Assembly (NCBI RefSeq): GCF_006345805.1
Contig: NC_043004.1
Span: 5,456,001 to 5,520,000 of the forward strand
DNA from: Octopus sinensis
Taxonomy: Eukaryota
Direction of reading: 5' to 3'
DNA: 64,000 bases
In this document: in pieces, positions 1-11,900 of the stretch
How the letters are laid out: each line of letters begins with the position of its first letter
Position numbering within the stretch: position 1 is the first letter of the stretch
Made by a program: the position numbers and the translations under genes
Notes under the pieces: generated by a model
What the model saw: only the letters and a program-made list of their open reading frames with translations
Told to the model about the DNA's origin: nothing
The model's database searches: none

Positions 1-631
1 GGAAGAGGTAGACCCAGGAAAACCTGGGACGAGGTGGTGAAGCACGACCTTCGAACTTTAGGCCTCACTGAGGAAATGACCAGCGACAGAGACCTTTGGA
101 AATATGCTGTATGTGAGAAGACCAGGCAGGACAAGTGAGCCCAGCCCACTTATGCATGCCTTTCCTCCCTTGGACACAAAGACCTGTTGAGGCAAGCGAA
201 GTCGATATAGAACCTCATCCGACGACAGGCACCCATGCCAACCCCCCTTTGCTTGCGAAGACATGTTGGGGCAATCGAAATCGAATTGAACCAGCCAGGA
301 TCCCTGGTCTGGTGGTACGTAAAAAGCACTATCCGACTCGTGGCCGATGCCAGCGCCGTTTCGACTGGCTTCCGTGCTGGTGGCACGTAAAATACACCAA
401 TCCGACCGTGGCCATTGCCAGCCTCGCCTGGCACCTGTGCAGGTGGCACGTAAAAAGCACCCACTACACTCACGGAGTGGTTGGCGTTAGGAAGGGCATC
501 CAGCTGTAGAAACATTGCCAGATAAGACTGGAGCCTGGTGCAGTCTTCTGGCTTCCCAGATCCCCGGTCGAACCATCCAACCCATGCTAGCATGGAGAAC
601 GGACGTTAAACAATGATGATGATGATGATGA
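1..631 (+). mobile_element. RTE-clade LINE 3' end plus its 3' UTR/tail (repeat family A) ending in (GAT)n
   Basis: 1-138 encodes GRGRPRKTWDEVVKHDLRTLGLTEEMTSDRDLWKYAV, typical of an RTE ORF C-terminus; the tail aaaagcacccactacactc...ggaagggcatccagctgtagaaac...gatgatg recurs about 20 times in the window. Confidence 0.85.
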
Positions 632-1183
632 GTGTTTGTCTTTTGACTTTGCACTATTTTTCAGTGAATCTGAGACAGGTGAGTGAAAGATCTATATGTT
701 GGCAACCAAGTGGTTTCAATAGACCAAAAGGTGGTGCTAGACAATGAAAATATTATATAGATACATAAAATACTAAACACCAGATGAAATAACATGAGAC
801 TAAGTGAAACTTAACCAAAGATCGGATGAAAGAAAATTTACTGTATTGGAAAGCATTTTGAAGACACATGTACATATTAAATGCAGCGCATATTCATCAA
901 AGAATGTTTTTTTTAGTGCATTAGAGCATACAATATGCCTGACTCTGCATAGGGGACCTCGGGTGACTTTTTTCTTTCGAAAAAGGTGTCTTATATAGCA
1001 TCAAATACAGTAATTATTTTATGGAAATACATTTGATTAATGACTGAAGGGAAAAAAATTTGTTTTCTTTCTTTCTTAAAGGAGACTTTTCCATCCATTT
1101 CCCTCCAAGACTTTTTCACTCATTTTTGTACCAATTCCTAATATTTGTCTGCTATCCTAATATATTTGTTTTGTTTCTTACAG

Positions 1184-1254
1184 TCACCTTGTGGAATTGC
1201 TACTCCACAGCTCTACACACGGTTATTAGGAGTCTATCTTCTTAGGAATGATCT
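1184..1254 (+). CDS. COPS8: COP9 signalosome subunit 8, first coding exon in the window (SPCGIATPQLYTRLLGVYLLRNDL); exon 1 lies upstream
   Basis: Acceptor tttcttacag, donor GTAAGT, 71 nt (phase 0 to 2); resembles human CSN8 [24 protein letters not shown]. Confidence 0.92.
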
Positions 1255-1722
1255 GTAAGTTACATTTTATTTCATAGCAGATAATCTTATCATACATCGT
1301 TATCTTTTAACATCCTCCATTCATACTGGCACAGATTGGACAGTTTGACTGAAGCTAGTGAGTCAAATGACTGCACCAAACTTCAGTGTCTGCTTTGGCA
1401 TAGTTTCTCCAGCTGGGAACCTCTCCTAATACCAATCACTTTACAAAGTGCACTGGGTGCTTTTTATGTGGCACTGGCACTAGTGTGATTACCAAGTAAC
1501 TCACAAGACAAATAACCTTCATCTGAGAGGTGTGGTAGGAATGTGTGAGGTGGTTTTTATGCCAGATGATAAGATGTTAAATTACGGTAGAAAGACAGGA
1601 ACAGGTATCTTGCTGTTAAGGAGATAACATGGTTTATTCAGTTGGTGGTGAAGGTGTGTGAGGATGTAAGATATAGTAATTTGATTCAAGTGCACTTTCC
1701 TTTTGTTTTCTTTCTATTTCAG

Positions 1723-1771
1723 GTGTAATGCCAAATTTTTATGGAAAAGAATCCCTCCGTCAATCAAATCA
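1723..1771 (+). CDS. COPS8: COPS8 coding exon (CNAKFLWKRIPPSIKS)
   Basis: Acceptor tttctatttcag, donor GTAAGT, 49 nt; matches the CSN8 motif NARYLWKRIPPAIKS; frame continuous with the previous exon. Confidence 0.95.
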
Positions 1772-2019
1772 GTAAGTAAATCAGAGCCACTGAAATTTCT
1801 CTTTATTATTTGTAATGGAAGTCTGTCTTAGAAGTCTCATTAGATTCATATTGAGGCAGGCCATGGCACTGAAATTTCTTCTGGTTTTTTTTCTGTTTTT
1901 CTTTGTTTCTGGCAGTTGTTGAATAGTTTTGGGGAGGACTAATATATAGAGAGTTAACTTTGTGTGTTGAGAAGGGTTTTGAGGTTTTGATCCAGTTTAG
2001 GAAGATTTTATAAGTTGTC

Positions 2020-2279
2020 GTTGCCAGTGCCGCTGCACTGGCTCCTGTGCAGGTGGCATGTAAAAAACACCATTTAGTGTGGCCGTTGCCAGTACCGCCT
2101 GACTGGCCCTCGTGCTGGTGGCATATAAAAGCATCCACTACACTCTCGGAGTGGTTGGCGTTAGGAAGGTCATCCAGATCAAGATTGGAGCGTGGTGCAG
2201 CCCTCTGGTTCGCCAGTCCTCAGTCAAATCGTCCAACCTATGCTAGCATGGAAAGCAGACATTAAACGATGATGATGAG
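2020..2279 (+). mobile_element. Family A (RTE tail) 5'-truncated copy
   Basis: Same tail sequence and (GAT)n end as 430-631. Other copies: ~1290-1500(-), 4850-5180, 8740-8985, 9443-9600(-), 12440-12750, 23575-23790, 31285-31600, 36175-36420(-), 36700-37040, 44495-44790(-), 48410-48600(-), 52130-52330(-), 55750-55945, 58900-59215. Confidence 0.85.
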
Positions 2280-2923
2280 TGATATGTAAATTGAAAGTTT
2301 ATTCTCTGGTGGCAAGGGTGTTGCATTCATGATTACAAGATCATGGTTTCAATACCCAGACTGTGCAGTGTGTTGTGTTCTTGAGCAAAACACTTCATTT
2401 CTTATTACTCCAGTCCACTCAGTTGTAAACGACTAACCCTGTGACTAACTGTCACCCTGTTCAGAGGGAATGTTGGGATATTGGACTCTTATGTACCATG
2501 GAAACTGGGTAACAAGCATCTCAAGTCCTTTGATTTGAGACAATAATGTCTAGGGGTTGACAATGTTATATAAGAAAGCAGCATGATTCATTTTAAAATC
2601 TGACAATTTGCAAGAAAAAATAGCCCTGGATTTGATAAAATTTACAGAAATAACTTTTAACTAGGTTCATGGAAAATGTTAATATTTATTGATTTCTATT
2701 GTTTAATGGTTTCTATACTTAGGATGAATGCCACCAGACGGAACACTATGACCCAAGTTCATACAGCTGATACTTAACTCAAATTTATGTTGTACTAAGT
2801 ATGGCTGCAGTCCAAAGACTAAAATTAACTTCTTTCCGAATAGCTATATTGTTCAACATTTCTACTTTCTTTCTTATTGATGGTGTATCTTACTGATGTT
2901 TATTATTTTTTTTTACCTTCAAG

Positions 2924-3053
2924 AGTCATCCAGAACTTGGTCATATGTGGTTAGTAGGACAAAAGATGTGGCAGCGAGATTTTCCTGGCATCTATGAAGT
3001 TTTAAAGAGAGACTGGCCGGAACACTTGAGAGCCACTATGGATGCTATTTATG
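2924..3053 (+). CDS. COPS8: COPS8 coding exon (SHPELGHMWLVGQKMWQRDFPGIYEVLKRDWPEHLRATMDAIY)
   Basis: Poly-T tract with a weaker AAG acceptor, donor GTGATT, 130 nt; contains the W..GQ..WQRDFPGIY motif of CSN8. Confidence 0.93.
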
Positions 3054-3845
3054 GTGATTATAAAAGTTACAGTATTTTGCCTGTGGAATGTTATGATTGG
3101 ATGCAGCTGTTTGCACACTGACAATTTGGTATGACTGATTGGACATTCTACCTGTTTTGGCAATGTTACTTTTTGGCACTAAAAGCAAACACACACACAC
3201 AAATATACACATAGTGGTAGAAAGATAGAGAGGGAGCAAGAGAGATTACAATTTATTAATTGGACATGATTGACATAAACACATTCACACAGAGAGCAAG
3301 GAGAAAACGGGAGAAGCATTTAAATGTCTGATAAATCAACATAAGATCAGTAATGCCAAATAGGCAGTGTCAAAACCACTGTGCCAAAATGTCTCATCAT
3401 CATTTGCCTGCCTGTAATTCTTACAGAATCTGGATTTTTAGCAAATTTGATTCTTTGTTTTAGCATCAAGTTTAGTTAAGGAAGGAGTCTGTGAAGAAGT
3501 TTATAAATATTTCATTTGAATTACTAATTAATTAAAAATGAAATATATCATTTTTAATGGTGGATCTTGAAGCAGTTGAAGCTATAAATAATAGTGTGTA
3601 AATAATGGGTTAAAAACCTCCTTGGATGGTTAAAGTTTAAAACTGCCTGTAGGGCTTGAACCCACATCTTTTGTAAAGACAACAGACGTTTTACTATTGA
3701 TATACTGAGCACATATCTGTTTGGTACATTTTAGCCTAGTAAATATCTTAGACCCTGTTTTGGTACAATGGTAGATGTAGGTTCAAGTACCACAGACAGC
3801 TTTTGACTTTTTCCATCCAAAGATTTTTATAACCCAATATAGTGA

Positions 3846-4162
3846 AGGTGCATGGCTTAGTGGTTAGAGTTTGGCTCACAACTGCAACTGTAAGGTCATG
3901 AGTTCGATTCCTGGCAGTGCCTTGTATCCACAGGCAAGACACTTTATTTCACGTTGCTCCAGTCCACTCAGCTGGTAAAAATGAGTTGCACCTGTAATTC
4001 AAAAGAGGCCAGCCTTATCACATTCCATGTCACACTGAATCTCCTTGAGAACTACTATAAGGGTGCATGTGTCTGTAGAGTACTCAGCCACTTAATTTCA
4101 TGAGTAGGCTGTTTCATTGATCACATCAACTGGAACACTCACCATTGTAACCAACAGAATGT
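3846..4162 (+). mobile_element. tRNA-derived SINE (family D)
   Basis: A box TGGCTTAGTGG and B box GAGTTCGATTCC followed by a body homologous to the copy at 63595-63914. Confidence 0.85.
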
Positions 4163-4518
4163 GGTGCCTAACTCAATATTTACACATTATTTATAGATTT
4201 ATCTACTTCAAATTCCACTGTTAAAAATGATTTATTTAAGTTTTGATGTTTTAATTAATTAGTAATTCAAATGAAATGCTTATAAACTTTTCCCCAGATT
4301 CTTTCCTTACCTACCCTTGGTGCTAAAACAATCAAGCTTGCTTTACTGAAACATAAAAACCTACATTCATTTTAAATTTAAGAATGTTAGCCAAATAATT
4401 AGATAGTATTGCTTTTTCTATTTTCTTTAAACTTTTCTTAATTTGTTTCAAATTTAACTAAAGGCGATGCTCCAGCATGGCCGCAGTCAAATAAACGAAT
4501 ATCAAATTTTTTTTACAG

Positions 4519-4626
4519 AAATCACACGTAGAAGAGCAATTAAGTTAGTGTCCAAAGCATATTCTTCGATCAATATCGACACTTTTGCAGCTCTTGCTAA
4601 TGTAACTGTTTCAGAAGTACCGGACG
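4519..4626 (+). CDS. COPS8: COPS8 coding exon (EITRRRAIKLVSKAYSSINIDTFAALANVTVSEVPD)
   Basis: Acceptor ttttttacag, donor GTAAGT, 108 nt; resembles CSN8 ATRRRAFALVSQAYTSI. Confidence 0.95.
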
Positions 4627-5309
4627 GTAAGTTATATTTTGATTATAACAAGATAAATCAGTCATTCTTCTTTGAAATCTAGCTTCAAATTTTGTAGTTT
4701 TCCAATAGTAGAGATGGCTGAGTCAGAGGAAAGCTAGGTTTGTTTGGTTTGTGGTATTTGTCAAGTTCAGTACCTTAATGTCCATTGTTGAAAATCCTGT
4801 CAGAGACTGCATTGCTTTTTCTGTCCTTTCAGAAATGTGAAAATAGTTGTCATAGCTGATACCACTGCCGTCTGACTGACACCTATGCCAGTGGCATGTA
4901 AAAAGCACCATTTGAGCATTGGGCCTAATGGAGCTGGTGACAGGTGACTGAGACCTTTAGCGATATACCACGCTTGTGTAGACCTGTCAAGCCAAGTGAG
5001 ACCATAGTCATGGCTGATGCCTGTGTCAGATCAAGGGCACCTGTGCCGGTGGCACATAAAAGCACCCACTACATTCTTAGAATGGTTGGCATTAGAAAGG
5101 GCATCCAGCTGTAGAAACCTTGCCAAACCAGATTGGAACCTGGTACAGCTCCCTGGAGTGCAGGCATTAATCGATGATGATTATAACCTGCATTCAATTC
5201 ATTTTCCAGGTTGATAAAATAAATGCCAGTTGAGTACTGGGGTTAATGTAATCAACTGGCCCCTATTCCCCTAAATTTCAGGCTTTGTGTCTATAGTAGA
5301 AAGGATTTA

Positions 5310-5880
5310 ACTATACCCACTCCTCTGCAAAATTGGTCTTGTACTTGGGTACATCATTACTGTTACTATTCTGTCCATCCCCACCCCCACTGCTCTCTTT
5401 ATCCCTCAGCTTTTCCCCATGCATTGGTCAGCCCCATCCTTATCTATCATTCCTAACATCCACCCTTCAGCTGTACCTAATCTTTACAGTTGTTACCAGC
5501 ATCCCCTTTCCAGATTTCCCATTAATTGCTTTCCCCATGCACTCTTTGCAGATTCCCACCCACACTCCTAGTTCCTCATCTTGTACCCTGAGAAACCACC
5601 TGGCACCTCTTCACCACTATTTGTATTTACCTCTTTGCAACTGCAACTAAGCATTCTCACCCTCTCTTCTAAATGTGAGGAGCAATGTGACTTTTCTACA
5701 AGAACCTACTTACTCTCACTCCTCTTCCATATTTTAACTCCTCATCTCCTAGCATAAAGCTGCTTTCTTCTTACCTCGGATTCCATACTCTTGCTAGCTG
5801 TATGGCGACCTTACTAGTGCCTGTGGCACAAAAGAAGCACCCAATACATGAAGTAAAGTAGTTGGAATTAGGAAGGACAT
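5310..5880 (+). repeat. Pyrimidine-rich dispersed repeat joined to a family A tail (older non-autonomous LINE derivative); related copies at ~11900-12430 and ~25150-26090
   Basis: The segment tagcaagacacct...gtccctct.tcata.tttaacctctc is shared at 12320 and 25935; each block runs into a family A tail. Confidence 0.5.
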
Positions 5881-6143
5881 ATTAGGAAGGCGGCGAGCTG
5901 GCAGAAATGTTAGCACGCCGGGCGAAATGCTTAGTGGTATTTCGTCTGTCGTTACGCAGCCAGTTTGAGTTATTTTGTGGATTATTCCCCATGCTTAACA
6001 ATCAATGTCTTGTTGCTGTCACTGTATCTTCTGATACAGTTATCTCCCCTCTGTGTAACATTTCATAGGCCATGAGTTTTTTTTTTTTTAATGTCGAAAT
6101 ATTGGGAAACCGATTATAGCAGTGACTCGATCAATTCCTAGCA

Positions 6144-6183
6144 ATATCTGAAGAAGGAATTTTTATATTCTGAAATGTTATAT
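6144..6183 (+). ncRNA. Degenerate type I hammerhead ribozyme motif inside a COPS8 intron
   Basis: ATAT-CTGAAGA-A-GGAAT(ttttat)ATTCT-GAAA-TG-T-T-ATAT: core, stem I and stem II are recognisable; stem III is decayed. Confidence 0.5.
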
Positions 6184-6404
6184 CAGACTATGGATAATTA
6201 AATTATTATAGTCCACTCTGCATTGTTGTGCCATTCAAGACACGTTATATTTATTGATCGTTGTTTTAGGAGGCAGTTTATTGCCTGTAGTCCATAATAT
6301 AGATAAGTATTTTCGTTTGGTTAATCAGGGATCTGAGAACTTGGAGTTTGTGGAGAAAATTTATTCAATATTTGATGCAGGTTTTGATGAGAATTTTTTT
6401 TTTT

Positions 6405-6790
6405 TTGTTTTTTACTTGTTTCAGTCATTAGATTGTGGCCATGCTGGGGCGCCTCTTTGAAGGGTCTGGTCAAACAAATTGATACTAGTTCTAACTTTTT
6501 AAAAATCTGGTACTTATTCTCTCAGTCTCTTTTGCTGAACTCATAAGTTATGGGGAATGTAAACAAAACAATTCAGGGAGGGGGACAAACATAGATGCAA
6601 AGACACACATACATAGATTTACATACATGCAACCCCCCTTCCAAACACACACACACACACCAAATTCTCTCTTAAGGCATTGGTTAGTGTGGGGCTATAG
6701 TAGAAGACATGCCCCAAGGTGCCATGCAGTGGGACTGAACCTGAAGCCATGTGGTTGCAAAACAAGCTTCTCAGCCACACAGCCATCACT
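6405..6790 (-). mobile_element. tRNA-derived SINE family B with central (CA)n
   Basis: Homologous to the copies at 7502-7905 and 22402-23277. Confidence 0.8.
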
Positions 6791-6861
6791 GGGGAAATCC
6801 ATGTTGAAATAGAAATGAGTTGATGGTTGGAACACTTTGAGTTAAAGTGGAGCTTTTAAAG

Positions 6862-7205
6862 CAGGGGTTCTCGACCCCTTTGATTACTATTTTACTCTGG
6901 ACCCCCACAGCCATTCAATGTTTCAAAATTAATTTATAGATACATCATCATCATCATTTAACATCTGCTCTCCATGCTGGCATGGGTTAGACGGTTTGAC
7001 TAAAATTCCTATTTTGCTTTTTACACATTAACTTGTGTAGGATGAACTATGTAAAACATTAGAGAAAGAAACCAAACTGTTTCTTGCAATAAATACATCT
7101 AAAGCAAAAGGTTTTCGTGAAACAAACTGCTGTAGGTCCCCAACTTAGTATTTTGTTTGTATGGATCCTCCAGAATCTCATATGGACTCTGGTTGACAAC
7201 CACAG
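6862..7205. mobile_element. hAT-like MITE with a nested family A tail fragment
   Basis: Imperfect terminal inverted repeats caggggttctcgacc / ggttgacaaccacag. Confidence 0.5.
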
Positions 7206-7345
7206 CTATAGATTAAGAGGAGGTTCCATTCAGTAGGTTCTAAGAGCTTATCTGCAGGACAAGATTCAACTTTGGAAGATTAGTTCCAATTATTATTTTA
7301 GATCACTTGACGTCTACATTAAATCGATTTTGTTTAAATTTTCAG

Positions 7346-7408
7346 TGACTAAAAAAGAAGGTTGGGAAACTGATCAGAAAAGCAAGATGGTGTTGCCGAA
7401 AAAACCAG
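7346..7408 (+). CDS. COPS8: COPS8 coding exon (VTKKEGWETDQKSKMVLPKKP)
   Basis: Acceptor aattttcag, donor GTAAAT, 63 nt; resembles CSN8 GWQADSTTRMVLPRKP. Confidence 0.93.
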
Positions 7409-7501
7409 GTAAATATGTAATTAATTACCATTTAAACCATTAATTAACTAATTAATTAGTGTATACTGTAGGCTTTTATAGATTCAAATTATCTTGTCTC
7501 T

Positions 7502-7905
7502 CTCTTTACTCTTTTACTCTTTTACTTGTTTCAGTCATTTGACTGCGGCCATGCTGGAGCACCGCCTTTAGTCGAGCAAATCGACCCCAGGACTTATTCT
7601 TTATAAGCCTAGTACTTATTCTATCGGTCTCTTTTGCCGAACTGCTAAGTTACGGGGACATGAACACACCAGCATCGGTTGTCAAGCGATGTTGGGAGGA
7701 CAAACACAGACACACAAAAACACACACACATATATATACATATATACGACAGGCTTCTTTCAGTTTCCGTCTACCAAATCCACTCACAAGGCTTTGGTTG
7801 ACCCGAGGCTATAGTAGAAGATACTTGCCCAAAGTGCCACGCAGTGGGACTGAACCCGAACCATGTGGTTGGTAAGCAAGCTACTTACCACACAGCCACT
7901 CCTGT
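7502..7905 (-). mobile_element. tRNA-derived SINE family B, near full length
   Basis: Head (rc) ggttcgggttcagtcccactgcgtggcac, central CA/TA tract, tail ending (gagtaaaa)n. Other copies: ~8300-8600, 9210-9420, 16785-17105, 20475-20720, 35930-36075, 37365-37725, 50700-51105, 51925-52110, 61585-61975. Confidence 0.9.
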
Positions 7906-7954
7906 CTCTGTGCAAAATTATTTGTTTCCAGAAAGTATGTTTATATTTTGTATT

Positions 7955-8293
7955 AAATATTAGTTGTTTTCAGTCGTGTTTGTTTATTTGTTTGTCCGTG
8001 GACAAGATATCTCAAGAACCACTGGATGGATTCAGATGAAACTTTCAGGGATGTTTGGCCTCGTGACTGGTACAAACTGATTATATTTTAGGATTGATCC
8101 AGTATTGGACAAGGATTCTGGATTATTTTTCCAGTTATTTTACTTAATTTTTGAGAGCAGTCGGATTCATTTTTAGCATTCTAGTTTGTGAGAGCATTCG
8201 AGTTTATTTCAGATATTCTCATTTTAAAAATCATCTCCAGCTAATTGTTGAGAGGACGTTGGTGGAGGCTTGCGCTCTCTGACTGCTCTTGTT
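7955..8293 (+). mobile_element. Helentron-associated (DINE-1/HINE-like) non-autonomous element
   Basis: (GTTT)n seed then gtccgtggacaagatatctcaagaacc...atgaaactt; 3' end ggtggaggcttgcgctctctgactgctcttgtt matches the architecture of this class; recognised by pattern only. Confidence 0.5.
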
Positions 8294-9071
8294 ATAATTA
8301 TTAGTTTTCATATGTTTCAATCATTGCACTGTAGTCATGCTGGAGCACCACAGTGAAGGGTCAAACAAATCAACCCTAGTACTTATTCTATCACTCTTCT
8401 TTGAACTGCTGTTACTGGGATATAAACAAACCGACACTGATTATCAAGCAGTGGGAGTAGGCGCAAACACATTCAACTATGACAGGCTTCCACACAGTTT
8501 CTGTCTACCAAACTCCTTCACAAGGCTTTGACTAGTCCAGGGCTACAGTAGCAAATGCTTGCCCCAGGCACTGCACAGAGGAACCAAACCCTGCAATTTC
8601 AGTGTGCCCCTTAGTCATGCAGCTCTGTCTGCTCCTGTTTGAACTATGTTCTAATTTTTAACTGAACTTGCAACGATGTCCTCATTATAATTTCTGTTTC
8701 ATGACAAGTGACCAAAATTCTTGGTAATATATAGTACTTGAGAAGACCTGTGAAGCAAAGTGAGATTGCAGTCGTAGCTGATGCCAGTGTTTCGTAACTG
8801 GCACCCATGCTAGTGTTACATAAAAAGCACCCACTACACACTTGGAGTGGTTGGCGTTAGAAAGGGTATCCTGCTGTAGAAACCATGCCAAAATCAGATT
8901 GGAACCTAGTGCAGCTCTCCAGCTCACCAGTTTTCAGTCAAACTGTCCAACCCATGCCAGCATGGAAAGTGGACAGTACATGATGATCTTTCAATCCTGA
9001 CATCTAATATTTAATACTGTTTAGTTTTTTGTTTTCTCCTGAGTATGAAGCCTTTTTTTTTCTCTTTTCAG

Positions 9072-9151
9072 ACTTACCTCCTGAACCTTGTCTCCCTAAT
9101 GAAGAGCATCTATCTATCTTGACTGATTATGTCTCTTATTTAGAGAACTGA
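9072..9151 (+). CDS. COPS8: COPS8 last coding exon (DLPPEPCLPNEEHLSILTDYVSYLEN*)
   Basis: Acceptor tctcttttcag; ends in TGA; resembles the CSN8 C-terminus PNEQQLARLTDYVAFLEN; the six exons total 501 nt without frameshift. Confidence 0.95.
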
Positions 9152-9599
9152 ACCAACATAACATGTGTACCTATCGGAAGGTAACAAATATTTTTGACAT
9201 TATCTTTTATCTTTTACTTATTTGTCATTTGACTGTGGCCATGCTGGGGCACCATCTTAAAGAGTTTTTAGTCAAATGAATTGACACCCCCAGTACTTTT
9301 TTAAAAAAAATCTCCTGGTTTACTTTGCTGAGCTGCTAAGTTATGGGGACATAAGCAAACCAACATCTGTTGTCAAGCAGTGGTGGGGACAATTACATAC
9401 ACAAAGACACACACCCATAGATTTAGATATATATATCATCATCATCGTTTAACGTCCACTTTCCCTGCTGACACATGGGTTGGATGGTTTGACCGGGGAC
9501 TGGCAAGCCAGGTGGCTGCACCAGGCTCCAATCTGATCTGGCAAGGTTTCTGCAGCTGGATGCTCTTCCTAATGCTAGCCACTCCATGAGTGTAGCGGG

Positions 9600-9885
9600 T
9601 TCCACTAGGAACGTAGTAGAGTACAAAATAGAGCTCGTTCACCCTTAGAATCAGCTGGCAGGCCTCATATGGGGACTGAAAGAATCAAGAATTAAATATG
9701 AGATCGAAAGGTCAATAATAACTAATGCACACCCATGTAATTTGTTATCTGACAAATGTGACCTTTGCCTTGAAGAAGCATTGAGTATACTGCTGAGTAT
9801 TGAGAACCTAGTAAACAAGCATGATGGGAAAATTCCAAGATGTAACCACCGAGCGAAATATGCATTTTTAAGATGGAACAATGTA
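9600..9885 (+). mobile_element. Penelope-like element GIY-YIG endonuclease C-terminal fragment
   Basis: Translates QLAGLIWGLKESRIKYEIERSIITNAHPCNLLSDKCDLCLEEALSIL...LVNKHDGKIPRCNHRAKY, matching the PLE pattern IW.LK...Y.I.W.I...C.LCL.E...LNK....C.HR.K. Confidence 0.75.
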
Positions 9886-10433
9886 CAAAAATATAAAAGT
9901 AATAATAATTATCCTTCTGTTTAACCACACCCATCCTTTCTGTCCCACGTCTGTGTATAAGTATGTGTGTGTGTATATGATGGAGTTCCCAAGGATATAC
10001 CCATGTGCATGCATATGGGTAGATAAATGTTTGTGCTGGGTGCTTTTTACATGCCACCAGCATGGGTATGTTAACACAGCACCAGCACAGGTGTGTTAAC
10101 GCAGCACTGGCGTTTTGCAAGTGACCCCAGCACCTGAAAGGACAAGCCTCTATGTGGGGACTGAATGAATATTTCTTATCACCTAGCCCTTTTTGAATTC
10201 ATACAACCAGCAATGTCTGATATGAGTCCCATCTAAACTCATTTTAAAAGGGTAAAATTAGTACAAATTTGACAATTTCTGCAAAAAAAATGAAAAAAGA
10301 AGAGGCCCAGTAGAATGTAAGAATTGATAGTTATTTTACCTTAAGTATTAAGAAAGTATCCTCAAAGTGATCATGTCAGAAACGTGGCAGGGCTTTCTTT
10401 CCAACCTAATTTGATTTTATTATAAAGCATCTT

Positions 10434-10648
10434 AAAGTGGCGAGCTGGTAGAATCATTAGCACGCTGGGCGAAATGCTTAGCGGTATTTCCTCTGCCACT
10501 ACGTTCTGTGTTCAAATTCAGCTGAGGTTGACTTTAAAATTTCATTCTTTCGAGGTCGATAAATTAAGTACCAGTTATGCACTGGGGTCAGTATAATCGA
10601 CTACCCATCCCCAATTTCAGGCCTTGTGCCTATAATAGAAAGGATTAT
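10434..10648 (+). mobile_element. tRNA-derived SINE family C
   Basis: ggcgagctggcagaa head, gttcaaattc B box, taagtaccagtt..actggggtc core. Other copies: ~5200-5305, 5886-5960, 19835-20045(-), 20730-20930, 21137-21345, 21455-21672, 43920-44150(-), 52945-53130(-), 60040-60200(-), 60590-60780(-). Confidence 0.85.
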
Positions 10649-11399
10649 AAATCATCTTCTCTAAAAGTAAATTACAACTTACACAAATCTAATTGAAGAA
10701 ATTAACAAAACAGTTTTAATTGTAATTCATTGGAGATATTGTTGTTTTGCTGTATGTTTTAAATTTTTTTGCAGGCAATTGGCTTGGTGTGTGTTGTTCT
10801 CTGTTGATGTTGGCAGTGGAAATCTCCATGAAGTCTAGCTGCTTCACAAAGCCAGAGCAGTGGTAAAGGATACACAACAATGGAGATGAGAGCTGATAGT
10901 AACAAGGCACAGCTTATAGAATTACATTTATCTTATCAGTTGCTTGTTACTTTATTGAAATTCCTATGTTTGCTTGTGTGTGTGTGTGGTTATTGCCACC
11001 ATCACCACCACTACTGGAAGGAAAGAACCTGTCAGTTTTCCAGTTTTCATCATTTACTATTGTACATATGATACGGATTCTTCCGTTAAACCTTTCAAAA
11101 TGTTTCATTAAACAATTAAAGGAAAACTACCTTGATATTTTTGTTTTTCTATTTGGTTTGCATGATTCATGATGTGAACTTGTGTGTTGAAACATATTTT
11201 GGTGTATCTTGGGAGGGTCATTATGCCAATAATAACACATGCACTGGTGCAATATCACTTCTTTTATTATTATTATTATTATTCAATTGGTTAATCAGTT
11301 AACCAATTAAGTCATTGATTGTTTGATTAATTGTTCAGTCAATCAATCAATCAGGTATGATATGTCCTTTTTACTCTGATAGTCCTGAAGTAGAGAGAC

Positions 11400-11900
11400 T
11401 GTCATTGATGAGGTCATGAAAAGCAAAGAAAGGGCTTTAGGCAAACCAGTGTCTTGATGAACACTTGTGCTGAAGTGATGAGAGAGTCCAGTGAAAAGCA
11501 AATTATATGATATTTGTGAATGAACGGCTTTGCTTCATGGTACTGAGATGTGGGCTCTGAATGAAGCTAGTATGCTCTGATGAATGTGCAACATTGGTGT
11601 GTATGTACAGAAAAGTGCAAAATGCACTGAGAGAAAAGTTGGACATCAGAGGAATCAGATGCAGCATGTGAGAGAGAGAAGACTATGATGGTTTAGACGT
11701 GATGCATATGAATGAAGACAGCTGTATACAAAAGTGTTGATTGTTTAAAGTAGAAGGCACCTGTGAAGGTGGAGACTCAAGAAAGACCTGGGTGGCATGA
11801 AGTAATGAGGGCCAATCTCACAATGTTAGGCCTCTCATAAGAGATGACTGGTTTAAGATGTCTGGTGATATGAGGTTCTTGAGAAAACCTGCTCACCTCA
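11400..11900 (+). mobile_element. Old RTE LINE 3' fragment
   Basis: Decayed MCNIGV...ALREKLDIRGIRCSM...GRLKKDL sequence homologous to 28620-28950. Confidence 0.65.

Noticed and set aside
2723-2798. Cryptic exon in a COPS8 intron
   Set aside because: Weak donor that borders a SINE fragment, an in-frame stop and no CSN8 similarity
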